A DNA stretch of 64,000 bases from a virus (taxonomy: Duplodnaviria > Heunggongvirae > Uroviricota > Caudoviricetes): the IMG/VR virus record IMGVR_UViG_3300028833_000063, positions 1 to 64,000 of that record; one strand, written 5' to 3'. The notes beneath the pieces are model-generated. The model did not search any database and was not told the origin of the DNA. It was given only the letters and a program-made list of their open reading frames with translations. Positions 38,780-47,471 of the stretch are shown here, piece after piece; positions within the stretch are counted from its first letter, which is position 1; each line of letters begins with the position of its first letter. The position numbers and the translations under genes are program-made.

Positions 38780-39064
38780 ATGCGCGAACTTATATATCGT
38801 GATGACTGTGACCTCAATGCACCGTCTCTCGGCCGCGATGAGATGCTTTGGGATTTGATTTATGAAATGCGCATGCCCGACTCTGAAGAAATGTTTAACT
38901 TCGCTAAAGCAGTAATGGACCGCGCGCAAGCTGTCATTGATACTGCGCCAACCGTTACTACTGATGAAGTCTTGGCCTATAAGTGTCCGGAATGTAAAGC
39001 TATTAGTATTCTATATGATAATGATGAATGCTGTCCTGTTTGCGGCATTAGGAGGTATAAATGA
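38780..39064 (+). CDS. zinc-ribbon protein
   Basis: CPECK...CCPVCG. Confidence 0.45.
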   Translation: MRELIYRDDCDLNAPSLGRDEMLWDLIYEMRMPDSEEMFNFAKAVMDRAQAVIDTAPTVTTDEVLAYKCPECKAISILYDNDECCPVCGIRRYK

Positions 39065-39191
39065 GTTATTTTATTGAAAATCTAGAACTTGCAACATTTG
39101 TTGGTGTAATTATTTGCATTATTGCTTTCATCTTTATTAATGTATCCGATGCAGTGGATTACTATTATTCTAAGAAACGGGGCGAAATTTA

Positions 39192-39518
39192 ATGGAAATT
39201 ATTGAAACAGTTCCAATTTATGGGCCGCCCGCTTGGCCAATTATTACTTTTTTTGTTGGTCTTGGCATTTTAATTTTATGTGGTATGTTTTTAAACAATA
39301 CCGAGTATGCTGGAATAATTACACTTATTATAGGTACTGTAGTTGTATTTGTCGGACTAATATTTTATGCAATTTTGCATAAAAGTGAATTCTCTCATAA
39401 TGAATATATAGTACGTATTACAGATATACCAGCTCAGGAATTTGTAGAAAAATATAAAGTAACAAAACGTTTTGATTATTCCGATGTAATTCAAGTAAGG
39501 GAGATTGAAAAGAAATGA
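39192..39518 (+). CDS. small membrane protein with two predicted TM segments
   Basis: hydrophobic stretches PAWPIITFFVGLGILILCGMF and IITLIIGTVVVFVGLIFYAIL. Confidence 0.5.
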   Translation: MEIIETVPIYGPPAWPIITFFVGLGILILCGMFLNNTEYAGIITLIIGTVVVFVGLIFYAILHKSEFSHNEYIVRITDIPAQEFVEKYKVTKRFDYSDVIQVREIEKK

Positions 39519-39805
39519 AAGTAATTGCTCGTCCTGTCGGAACTGGCAAGACTAAAGAACTGATGGAAACCGCGCTTGAGGCTGATGGGATGATTCTCAC
39601 TACTAACAAACGTGCACTTCAAGTAAAAGCCGAAGCTTATGGATTCGACTCACTTGAAATTATTGATATTAATGATTTGTATGAAGGAAATTATGATGAA
39701 AACAAGCCCTTATTTGTTCATAAACTGGAAGATGTAATGGAAGAATATTATAGAATGGAATTTGGGCTTACGCTTGCGGGTTTTAGTGTGAGAATGGAGA
39801 CGTAA
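39515..39805 (+). CDS. hypothetical protein
   Basis: ORF, ATGA overlap. Confidence 0.45.
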   Translation: MKVIARPVGTGKTKELMETALEADGMILTTNKRALQVKAEAYGFDSLEIIDINDLYEGNYDENKPLFVHKLEDVMEEYYRMEFGLTLAGFSVRMET

Positions 39806-39808
39806 AAA

Positions 39809-40228
39809 ATGTTTAATTTTTATGATACAGATACTAAAGAATATCAAGAAATTCTTACTGCCCAAGAGGCCAGTAAGAAAATATATGATACAGTGCAATT
39901 TTATGCTACTCGTGTAAAAAAACTAGATAAAGCTAATCAGGAATTAAGAGATAAAGCCGTAGAAATAGTAAAGCATCAATATGAAGAAGAAATTGCAGCA
40001 CTTAAGGAACGTCTGCATCTTTCTTATGGAGAATTTGCCTCTCAAAAAGAACTAGATGCCTACAATGATTTTACTGATAGACACATGCATGACCGTTTAA
40101 CATCTAAATACAATGGCGGTCGAGTGCCATACCTAATTCCAACTGGAACTGGTATTGGTACTATACTTAAGGTTGTATGCCCTATTTGCGGCGAATCTGA
40201 GGATATTACAGACACGGGAGCATGGTAA
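39809..40228 (+). CDS. hypothetical protein
   Basis: ORF. Confidence 0.5.
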   Translation: MFNFYDTDTKEYQEILTAQEASKKIYDTVQFYATRVKKLDKANQELRDKAVEIVKHQYEEEIAALKERLHLSYGEFASQKELDAYNDFTDRHMHDRLTSKYNGGRVPYLIPTGTGIGTILKVVCPICGESEDITDTGAW

Positions 40229-40842
40229 TGAATATTTTAATTTTTACTAAACATTCAGATCCGATAATTGAATTCTTTAATAAATTTCTGCCGTCTGATT
40301 CGCAGCGGCACCGGCGCAGAGATGTATATGAATGGAAATATGGTATAATACATTGTACTATTTATGAAGTTCAAATTCTGCGCGATAACTTTAGAGGCAT
40401 GAGGGCAGATATGGTTTATGCCGATCAGGAATTTCTTTTTAATGCCGGAGTATATGAGCATCTACTTCTGATGACACGTTCTACTTCAACAATTTTTCCA
40501 ATTGAACGACTATGGGAACATGATTATTATGATTATCATAAAGAAATAATTTGCGATACAAAACATTATCTCGAAACCAATATAAGAAAAGGAAATCGTG
40601 ATCGTCTATACTTTAGTATATTTTATTCTTCAGTAACTGGTAACTTTAGTACTGACGGTTATAGTTCAAATACCAACATACTTCAATATCTTAGCAGCAA
40701 CTTGCCGCTGAGCCTTGATGCATACAGAGCCTGTAAAAATTCATGTAAAGTTGAAATTACGCCCAGGATACTCGACGTTGCCATTCGCTGTTATCTCCTG
40801 CGCGATTGTCTTGATGAAATTTTTGATGAATATAAGATTTGA
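40222..40842 (+). CDS. hypothetical protein
   Basis: ORF. Confidence 0.5.
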   Translation: MVMNILIFTKHSDPIIEFFNKFLPSDSQRHRRRDVYEWKYGIIHCTIYEVQILRDNFRGMRADMVYADQEFLFNAGVYEHLLLMTRSTSTIFPIERLWEHDYYDYHKEIICDTKHYLETNIRKGNRDRLYFSIFYSSVTGNFSTDGYSSNTNILQYLSSNLPLSLDAYRACKNSCKVEITPRILDVAIRCYLLRDCLDEIFDEYKI

Positions 40843-40867
40843 CTTTTAATAGAAATTAGTGTATAAT
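40839..40867 (+). promoter_or_regulatory. conserved promoter copy
   Basis: TTGACTTTTAATAGAAATTAGTGTATAAT. Confidence 0.6.
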
Positions 40868-40900
40868 TTTTACATAGAAAGGAAAGTGAGGAGAAAAGAA

Positions 40901-41878
40901 ATGAAACTCTCAGAAAAAATGTCTATCACCAAGCGTACTTCAGATGGAGCTTTTTATGGCGAAAAGAACGGTATTAGTTATGTTATTGACCACACGCATC
41001 CTGAATATGCCGAGTATGAAAGCCTATACAACCTTATGCGCGAAACCAAATATGCAGACCGGATGCAGGTATTTGAAGACCTTGTAAATAATAATCGGTA
41101 TCCGAATATCTTTAATGCTATTTCGTCTACCGCCTCTGTGCCCCAGCCAAAGAAAAGCCCAGAAGAAATTCTGACCAACGGTCTGAAGCATATGATGAGC
41201 TTCTTTACTGAGTTTTCATTTACACCATCTCTTCGCTTTGTAAATACTTTTGCATATATGGCTTGCAAAGACAGAAAAAGCGCATGTGACTATGTATATA
41301 ACTATTTTGCGCTTATGGACTCTTCCTACACGAATGAAATTCGTCAGAAGATGCAGAGTGCGGAATTTAATCAGATTATTGATGACATCGCGCAGTACGG
41401 CGTACCGAAAGAACATATCAATACTCGTCTGAAGATTTATTATGGCAGCGCTGGAACAGGAAAAACAACCCTCGCGCAGGAAGAAGCAGATAACCGCTGC
41501 ATCGTGTGCAATAGCTCTATGCTTCCGTCTGACCTTATGGAAGATTTTATTTTTAAGGATGGGCAGCCTGATTTCAATCCTTCCCTTCTGTGGGAATGCA
41601 TGGAGGAAGGTCGCAAGATTGTACTTGATGAAATTAATCTTCTGCCGTTTGACTCCTTGCGCTTCTTGCAGGGAATCGTTGATGGCAAGATTGAGTTCTA
41701 CTATAAGAACCGGCCCGTACATATTGCTGAAGGATTCCAGATTATTGGAACGATGAACCTCTCTCTCGGCGGTATGACATATGGCCTGCCGGAACCTCTC
41801 GTTGACCGTTGCGCCGAAACTCGTGAATTTGTACTTACTGCTGATCAGCTTGCAAAAGCTATTATGGGAATGGAGTAA
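40901..41878 (+). CDS. MoxR-like AAA+ ATPase (AAA_5 type)
   Basis: Walker A GSAGTGKTT, Walker B IVLDEIN, sensor region; RBS GTGAGGAGAAAAG. Confidence 0.7.
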   Translation: MKLSEKMSITKRTSDGAFYGEKNGISYVIDHTHPEYAEYESLYNLMRETKYADRMQVFEDLVNNNRYPNIFNAISSTASVPQPKKSPEEILTNGLKHMMSFFTEFSFTPSLRFVNTFAYMACKDRKSACDYVYNYFALMDSSYTNEIRQKMQSAEFNQIIDDIAQYGVPKEHINTRLKIYYGSAGTGKTTLAQEEADNRCIVCNSSMLPSDLMEDFIFKDGQPDFNPSLLWECMEEGRKIVLDEINLLPFDSLRFLQGIVDGKIEFYYKNRPVHIAEGFQIIGTMNLSLGGMTYGLPEPLVDRCAETREFVLTADQLAKAIMGME

Positions 41879-41882
41879 TAAA

Positions 41883-43340
41883 ATGGAATTGAGCTTTGCT
41901 AGATGTAAATCAATTGTTGATACCCTTCCGATTGGCCTGTATACTGGCCGCAGAATTCCTCTTGAGCTAGTCAAAGATGAAGAAACTTCATACTACTCTA
42001 TTACTGAGGATAAGATTATTATTTCCTATCCTATCATCGCTCATCGCTTCGCACAAGTAGAGGAAGGGACTTGTGACGAAGAAGAGGCGGTGCGTTCTAT
42101 GCTCTATCATGAGGTTAGCCATGCTATTTTAACGTCTACGACTTTGGATAATAACTTTCAGAATAATTGTATGGAAGATCAGCGCATTGAAACCGTACTT
42201 AAAAATTATTATCATGGTGTTGACTTTCGCAAGCAGCTTTATGATATCCATGGCGGTCATGCGCCAAAAGCTACCGATGCCAAAAGCGCATTCTTTAACG
42301 CCGTGCGTTTTGGCCTTGGCACAGCAACGGTTCAGAAAGAGGTCAATCGCATTATTAAGACCTATGCTACATTGAATCGTATTTCCCCTCGCTGGAATAC
42401 AGATGACATTGACGTAAGTCATTATGAAAATGCTATTTACGACCTGTGGCGCCTGGTTCAGAATGAATTTGAAAAACATCCTGAAGAATTTAATGATTCT
42501 AATGGAGAAGGCCAGAATGCTCCTTTTTCAAAGCAGGGCGAAGTTAATGGCGAGTTTGCAGAAAAACCTTCCAAAGATTTGACCGAAATAGAAACGAATA
42601 TAGAACAGCTCAAGCGTATGGTTGGCGCTTCACTTTCTAAAGATGCTGGACTTAAGTCTGCTGAAAAAGAGCAGCTTGATAGTTTCCAGAAAACCGCAGA
42701 AACCATTATTAACAATTTTAAAAAGAAGAATAGCGGCGGAAGCGGTATTAATACATACTCCGGTGTTTTTAATCCTCGTGCTGTTGCGCGAAAAGACTAT
42801 CGTTACTTTGAGCGTTCTATGTCTGTACAGGGAAACAATAAATTTGGTTCTTGCCATCTGAATCTCTTTATTGACTGCTCTGGCAGCTTTTGTGATAATG
42901 TAAAATTGACAAATGGTATTCTTGCAGTACTGTCTAACATCGAACGCAAGAATCATAACTTTTCGATGGATGTTGTTTTTATCAATCACCAGTTGAAAAT
43001 TTGTAAAAGCGTGCGTGAGCGTCAGATGACAGCTTGGGGCGGAAATTCTATTCCTGTCGATATGAAGGATATTATTCTTAGAATGCAGAAGCCGCAAACT
43101 TGCAATTACAACATTATCCTCTTTGACGGGGATGCAGTTTGTAATGATTATAGCAATATGACTGATGCTATTAAGCGCTTTCATGCTTTTGATATGAAAC
43201 AGGCAACACTCATTACTGACCCGGACAATGAGCAATATATGAATCCACCTTTTAGCTCTACCAAGGTGGTAGTAACTCAACAGTATACAAAAGAACTTAT
43301 TCGGCATATTACTAATGCGCTTATGGTTGCATTTGGATAA
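41883..43340 (+). CDS. metallopeptidase-like (HExxH) plus vWA (MIDAS) protein, DUF2201-like partner of MoxR
   Basis: LYHEVSHAIL HExxH motif near the N-terminus; C-terminal LFIDCSGSF DxSGS MIDAS; tightly linked to the AAA gene. Confidence 0.55.
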   Translation: MELSFARCKSIVDTLPIGLYTGRRIPLELVKDEETSYYSITEDKIIISYPIIAHRFAQVEEGTCDEEEAVRSMLYHEVSHAILTSTTLDNNFQNNCMEDQRIETVLKNYYHGVDFRKQLYDIHGGHAPKATDAKSAFFNAVRFGLGTATVQKEVNRIIKTYATLNRISPRWNTDDIDVSHYENAIYDLWRLVQNEFEKHPEEFNDSNGEGQNAPFSKQGEVNGEFAEKPSKDLTEIETNIEQLKRMVGASLSKDAGLKSAEKEQLDSFQKTAETIINNFKKKNSGGSGINTYSGVFNPRAVARKDYRYFERSMSVQGNNKFGSCHLNLFIDCSGSFCDNVKLTNGILAVLSNIERKNHNFSMDVVFINHQLKICKSVRERQMTAWGGNSIPVDMKDIILRMQKPQTCNYNIILFDGDAVCNDYSNMTDAIKRFHAFDMKQATLITDPDNEQYMNPPFSSTKVVVTQQYTKELIRHITNALMVAFG

Positions 43341-43350
43341 GAGGTGTAAG

Positions 43351-43728
43351 ATGGGATATAATTATAGAGAAGAAATGGTTAAAGATATTAAGAAATATAT
43401 TGTAGATAATTATATGGAACCAGAGCCTGGAATGACACGTGATGAGTATGAGGAACGACTTGATGATGAATTATGGGATGTGGATGAGATAACAGGAAAT
43501 GGCGGCATGTATTATGCCGATGAAGATACATGCGCGGGTTATATCGGATATGGACTTCTTGATCTTATTGACGCACTAGAGGAGTGGGGTTATGAATTTA
43601 CTCATGACATGGTAGACGCTTTTCGCGCCGCGCCAGCTTGTTATATAGATTGTCTCATTAGAACCCATATACTATATGAATGTGTAAGTAAGGCGGTAGA
43701 TGAACTTGGATACAAATTTGAAGCTTAA
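43351..43728 (+). CDS. hypothetical protein
   Basis: ORF with GAGGTG RBS. Confidence 0.45.
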   Translation: MGYNYREEMVKDIKKYIVDNYMEPEPGMTRDEYEERLDDELWDVDEITGNGGMYYADEDTCAGYIGYGLLDLIDALEEWGYEFTHDMVDAFRAAPACYIDCLIRTHILYECVSKAVDELGYKFEA

Positions 43729-43915
43729 AGTATCAGTAACTTATACATGGGAAGAAGAGGTTAATCCGCGCGAATATGGTGGTGAATATATATCTAATAT
43801 TAAAGAACATTATGTTCTAACTGGTGCGTATCAAGAACGTATTAATAAACTCGATACTCGCGCGGAAAACTGTTTACCAAATGGTTATAAATGCTCTGTA
43901 AATTTAAATTGGTAG
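43700..43915 (+). CDS. hypothetical protein
   Basis: ORF. Confidence 0.4.
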   Translation: MNLDTNLKLKVSVTYTWEEEVNPREYGGEYISNIKEHYVLTGAYQERINKLDTRAENCLPNGYKCSVNLNW

Positions 43916-43926
43916 GAGAGAAGAAA

Positions 43927-44112
43927 ATGACTGTTATGCAGTTAATTGAAGAATTGTAGAAATGGCCGCAAGATATGCCAATTGCCACAGTGTAGGATAT
44001 AGACTGGGTTACACGAGATGACCCTCATTGGATTAAAGTTTCTAAGAAAACTTGGGTACATGGAAATTGGCCTTATGATAAACCAGATTTCGATTATATA
44101 GATTTGGAGTAA
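43927..44112 (+). CDS. small protein with two in-frame TAG codons
   Basis: frame checked; TAGs at 43957 and 43993; RBS GGTAGGAGAGAAG. Confidence 0.4.
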
Positions 44113-44142
44113 GAAGTCAACTAAATAATTGACTTCTTTTTT
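44112..44142 (+). terminator. intrinsic terminator whose 3' arm is the promoter -35
   Basis: agaagtcaa-ctaaataa-ttgacttct hairpin plus TTTTTTAA; TTGACTTC inside the stem. Confidence 0.55.
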
Positions 44143-44157
44143 AATTTATGTTATAAT
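44129..44157 (+). promoter_or_regulatory. conserved promoter copy
   Basis: TTGACTTCTTTTTTAATTTATGTTATAAT. Confidence 0.6.
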
Positions 44158-44185
44158 ATATTGTAAGAAAGAAAGAGGTGAGAGA

Positions 44186-46051
44186 ATGGCTTATAATGCA
44201 GATTCAATACAAGTACGAGATTTTCGTACTGCAGCGAGGTCAACTCCCGGTATGTATATTGGAGCAGATGGGCAAGATGCGATGTTTAACTGTTTCTTGG
44301 AAATACTAAACAATGCTTGTGATGAAGCAATTATGGGTCGCGGAAATGAAATTACAGTAGAAGTTAATGATAATGATATTAAAGTATCCGATAAGGGCGC
44401 GGGCGTACCTCGCGGCCGTAATAAAGATACAGAGGAAGTTCTAATCGAAATTTATGCTTCTGCCCATAGTTCAGGAAAGTTCGATTCTGAAAACTATAAG
44501 CGTGTGCGCGGAATGCATGGTATTGGATCTTCAACTGTGTGTGTCTGTTCAGAAATCTTTGAAGTATGGACTAGACGCGATGGAGCAGAATGGTATCTTC
44601 AGTTTAAAGATGGTATTCCTCAAGATACGCAGGCCCGTCAGCTTCGTAAAACAAAAGAAACTGGTACTACTATTTATTTTAAACCAGATAAATCTATCTT
44701 TCATTTGGATGCGGCGACTCCTTCTTTTGAGAAAGAACGTATCCGTAAGGAGTTGGAATTAACTAGTTATTTTATTCCAAATGTTACTTTTATTTATAAG
44801 AGCGGCGATAAAATAGAAAAGTTTATTTCTAAGAATGGGCTAAAGGATTTTGCCGCAAATAATATTACAAAACCTCTTCATAAGCAATATATTTATAGTG
44901 CCAAGACTTTTGATGGAGATATTGATATTGAGGTTTTTGCGCAATGGACCACCGGGCGCGAAAAGTGTTATGTATTTTCTAATGGTGCTTTGAATAGTGG
45001 CGGCGGTACGCCTGTAAGCGGAATGAAGGCAGCCTTTACGCGTACAATAAATGACTTATCTAAAGAATCATTTGATGGTGATATGATTCGTAAAGGACTT
45101 GTCACTATTATCAATATTAAGCATCCACATCCTGTATATCAAAATCAAGTAAAAGATAAGATTCAGAATCAAGAATTACGCGGATATACACAGACAGTAT
45201 TTACAGAGGCAATTAAAGATTGGGCCTCTAAAAATAGAGAAGACTTTGATAAGATTATTGGACTTCTAACTAAAGAAGCACGTGCTGATGCTGCTGCAGA
45301 AAAAGCTCGTAATGCAATCCTTAATATGGAGAAAAAAGAAACCGAACAGCGTAAGCGCAAGGTTACTTCTTCCGATAAATTTAAGGATTGCGAAAAGCAC
45401 GGTCAAGACTCAATGCTCATTATATGTGAAGGTAATTCCGCATTGGGCGGTCTAATGCCCGCACGCGATGTTAAGACTGAAGCATTGTATGCAGTGCGCG
45501 GTAAGGTTAAAAATCTAATGAAACATCCGCTCGATGAGTGCTTGGAGAATCAGGAAGTATCTGATATCATTATGGCACTTGGGTGCGGCATTCAAGACAG
45601 ATATAATGGTAAAAAACTTAATTATGGAAAAGTCGCTATTGCAGTTGACGCGGATGTAGATGGCTATAATATTATGTGCCTTATAACTACGCTCTTCTAT
45701 GTCCTAATGCCGCAGTTTATTGAAGAAGGACGACTTGGCTGGCTGCGTGCGCCATTGTATCGTCTAAGTAAAGGAAATCAGCACGTTTATGCGTATGATG
45801 AAGATGAACTTGCCGAGCTAAGAAAAACTCGGTCTGGGTGGGAGCAATCACGCTACAAAGGCTTGGGCGAAATGGTGGCAGATGATATGGAAGAGTCTAT
45901 GCTACACCCGACAAATCGGCGCTTGGACATTCTTACTATAAATGATGCTGAAGCCGCGGCTGAGTCACTACAAATGTTGATGGGTATGGAAGTTGAGGGA
46001 CGCCGGGATTTCTTGTTTGAAAATGTGGATTTTAATATTTTGAATAATTGA
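44186..46051 (+). CDS. type II DNA topoisomerase large subunit (GyrB/ParE-like ATPase plus TOPRIM; T4 gp39-like)
   Basis: GHKL ATPase block (EILNNACDEA), GyrB transducer, TOPRIM-like (ICEGNSALGG...DADVDG); start 44186 after GAGGTGAGAG. Confidence 0.8.
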   Translation: MAYNADSIQVRDFRTAARSTPGMYIGADGQDAMFNCFLEILNNACDEAIMGRGNEITVEVNDNDIKVSDKGAGVPRGRNKDTEEVLIEIYASAHSSGKFDSENYKRVRGMHGIGSSTVCVCSEIFEVWTRRDGAEWYLQFKDGIPQDTQARQLRKTKETGTTIYFKPDKSIFHLDAATPSFEKERIRKELELTSYFIPNVTFIYKSGDKIEKFISKNGLKDFAANNITKPLHKQYIYSAKTFDGDIDIEVFAQWTTGREKCYVFSNGALNSGGGTPVSGMKAAFTRTINDLSKESFDGDMIRKGLVTIINIKHPHPVYQNQVKDKIQNQELRGYTQTVFTEAIKDWASKNREDFDKIIGLLTKEARADAAAEKARNAILNMEKKETEQRKRKVTSSDKFKDCEKHGQDSMLIICEGNSALGGLMPARDVKTEALYAVRGKVKNLMKHPLDECLENQEVSDIIMALGCGIQDRYNGKKLNYGKVAIAVDADVDGYNIMCLITTLFYVLMPQFIEEGRLGWLRAPLYRLSKGNQHVYAYDEDELAELRKTRSGWEQSRYKGLGEMVADDMEESMLHPTNRRLDILTINDAEAAAESLQMLMGMEVEGRRDFLFENVDFNILNN

Positions 46052-46076
46052 CAAATAATAAAATTTATTATATAAT
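46048..46076 (+). promoter_or_regulatory. conserved promoter copy
   Basis: TTGACAAATAATAAAATTTATTATATAAT. Confidence 0.55.
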
Positions 46077-46107
46077 TATTATAGAAAAAATGAAAGGATA
46101 GATTTAA

Positions 46108-46659
46108 ATGGATACAAATATAGAAGATTTTCGTGAAGGTATTTTTTCTTTACATACTCGTAGATTTGGTGACGTCGCTGAACTTATGATTGAACTTTTA
46201 TATAAAATGCAACCTTCTAATGTATTAAATTTTGATAAAAGAGATAATACTAATAAAAGAATAGAAGTAAAATTTTCTAGAGCTTTAAAAGAAAATAGTG
46301 ATACTATCAAGAAAAATAATGTAATTCAACAATGCTTAGAAGCTTCTACAGTACATAGAGCTTTTAATTCTTCTGAAGCAAATACGCAAAAATTTGATTG
46401 TAATATTCAACAAATTAAAAATAAAGAATTCGATATTCTTTATTATGGTATCTTTTTTAAAGATCATATTGAAATATTTAGAATTGAAAATAATAAAATT
46501 GAAACTTTAAATAATTATTCTAATAAACAGCATCGTGGTAATATTGGAGAAGGTCAATTTCATTTAAATAATACTAATATTAAAGAGCATAGAAAAGAAT
46601 ATTTGATTCAAATTCTTTCATATGAAGAATTATATAAATTATTTCAAGAGGCGGTATAA
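46108..46659 (+). CDS. hypothetical protein, candidate PD-(D/E)xK restriction endonuclease
   Basis: FDKRD ... RIEVKF D..ExK-like spacing; very AT-rich codon usage unlike its neighbours. Confidence 0.35.
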   Translation: MDTNIEDFREGIFSLHTRRFGDVAELMIELLYKMQPSNVLNFDKRDNTNKRIEVKFSRALKENSDTIKKNNVIQQCLEASTVHRAFNSSEANTQKFDCNIQQIKNKEFDILYYGIFFKDHIEIFRIENNKIETLNNYSNKQHRGNIGEGQFHLNNTNIKEHRKEYLIQILSYEELYKLFQEAV

Positions 46660-46660
46660 T

Positions 46661-47422
46661 ATGATACAATTATATAATGAAGATTGCTTAAAACAAATGT
46701 AGTTAATTGAAGATCATACAATAGATTGTATTATTTGTGATTTACCATATGGAACAACAAAATGTACTTGGGATGTAATCATCCCTTTTGATAAATTGTG
46801 GGAACAATATAATAGAATAATTAAACCAGATGGGGCTATAGTTCTATTCGGACAAGAACCATTTTCTACTCTTTTGCGAGCTAGTAATTTAAAAAATTAT
46901 AAATATGATATTTATTGGGAAAAAGAACGTTTAACCAATGTTAATCAAGTAAAAAAACGTGTAGGAAAAACTATAGAAACTATCTCTATTTTTTATAATA
47001 AACAATGTACATATAATCCACAAATGGTATCTTATGAAGGTCCAAAACGTACTAATAAAGTGAAAAATGGAAAATTAGGTGTTTTAACAGATCAACAAGA
47101 AAAATCAGTTATTGAATATAATGATACAGGTTGGCGTTATCCTACACAATTATGGCATTTTAAAAGAGATATATTAACATGTAATTTACATCCAACTCAA
47201 AAACCTCTAGCTTTAACAGAAGCTTTAGTACGTACTTTTAGTAATGAAAATGATACTATTTTAGATAATTGTATGGGTTCAGGCACTACTGGAGTAGCTT
47301 GCAAGAAATTACATCGTAATTTTATAGGAATTGAATTAGATACTAATTATTTTAATATAGCTAAAGATCGTATAGAAAATACAAAAGAATTAAATGAAGA
47401 AATTAAAAATATTCTTTATTGA
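46661..47422 (+). CDS. DNA methyltransferase (beta-class amino-MTase, N6A or N4C) with one in-frame TAG
   Basis: motif IV DLPYG then motif I DNCMGSGTTGVAC; ATG 46661; TAG at 46700 in MIQLYNEDCLKQM[TAG]LIEDHTIDCIICDLPY; AT-rich. Confidence 0.7.
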
Positions 47423-47447
47423 CAGCCTTTAAAATTTATGTTATAAT
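47419..47447 (+). promoter_or_regulatory. conserved promoter copy
   Basis: TTGACAGCCTTTAAAATTTATGTTATAAT. Confidence 0.6.
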
Positions 47448-47471
47448 AAATAAAAAGAAAGGAGTGAGAAT

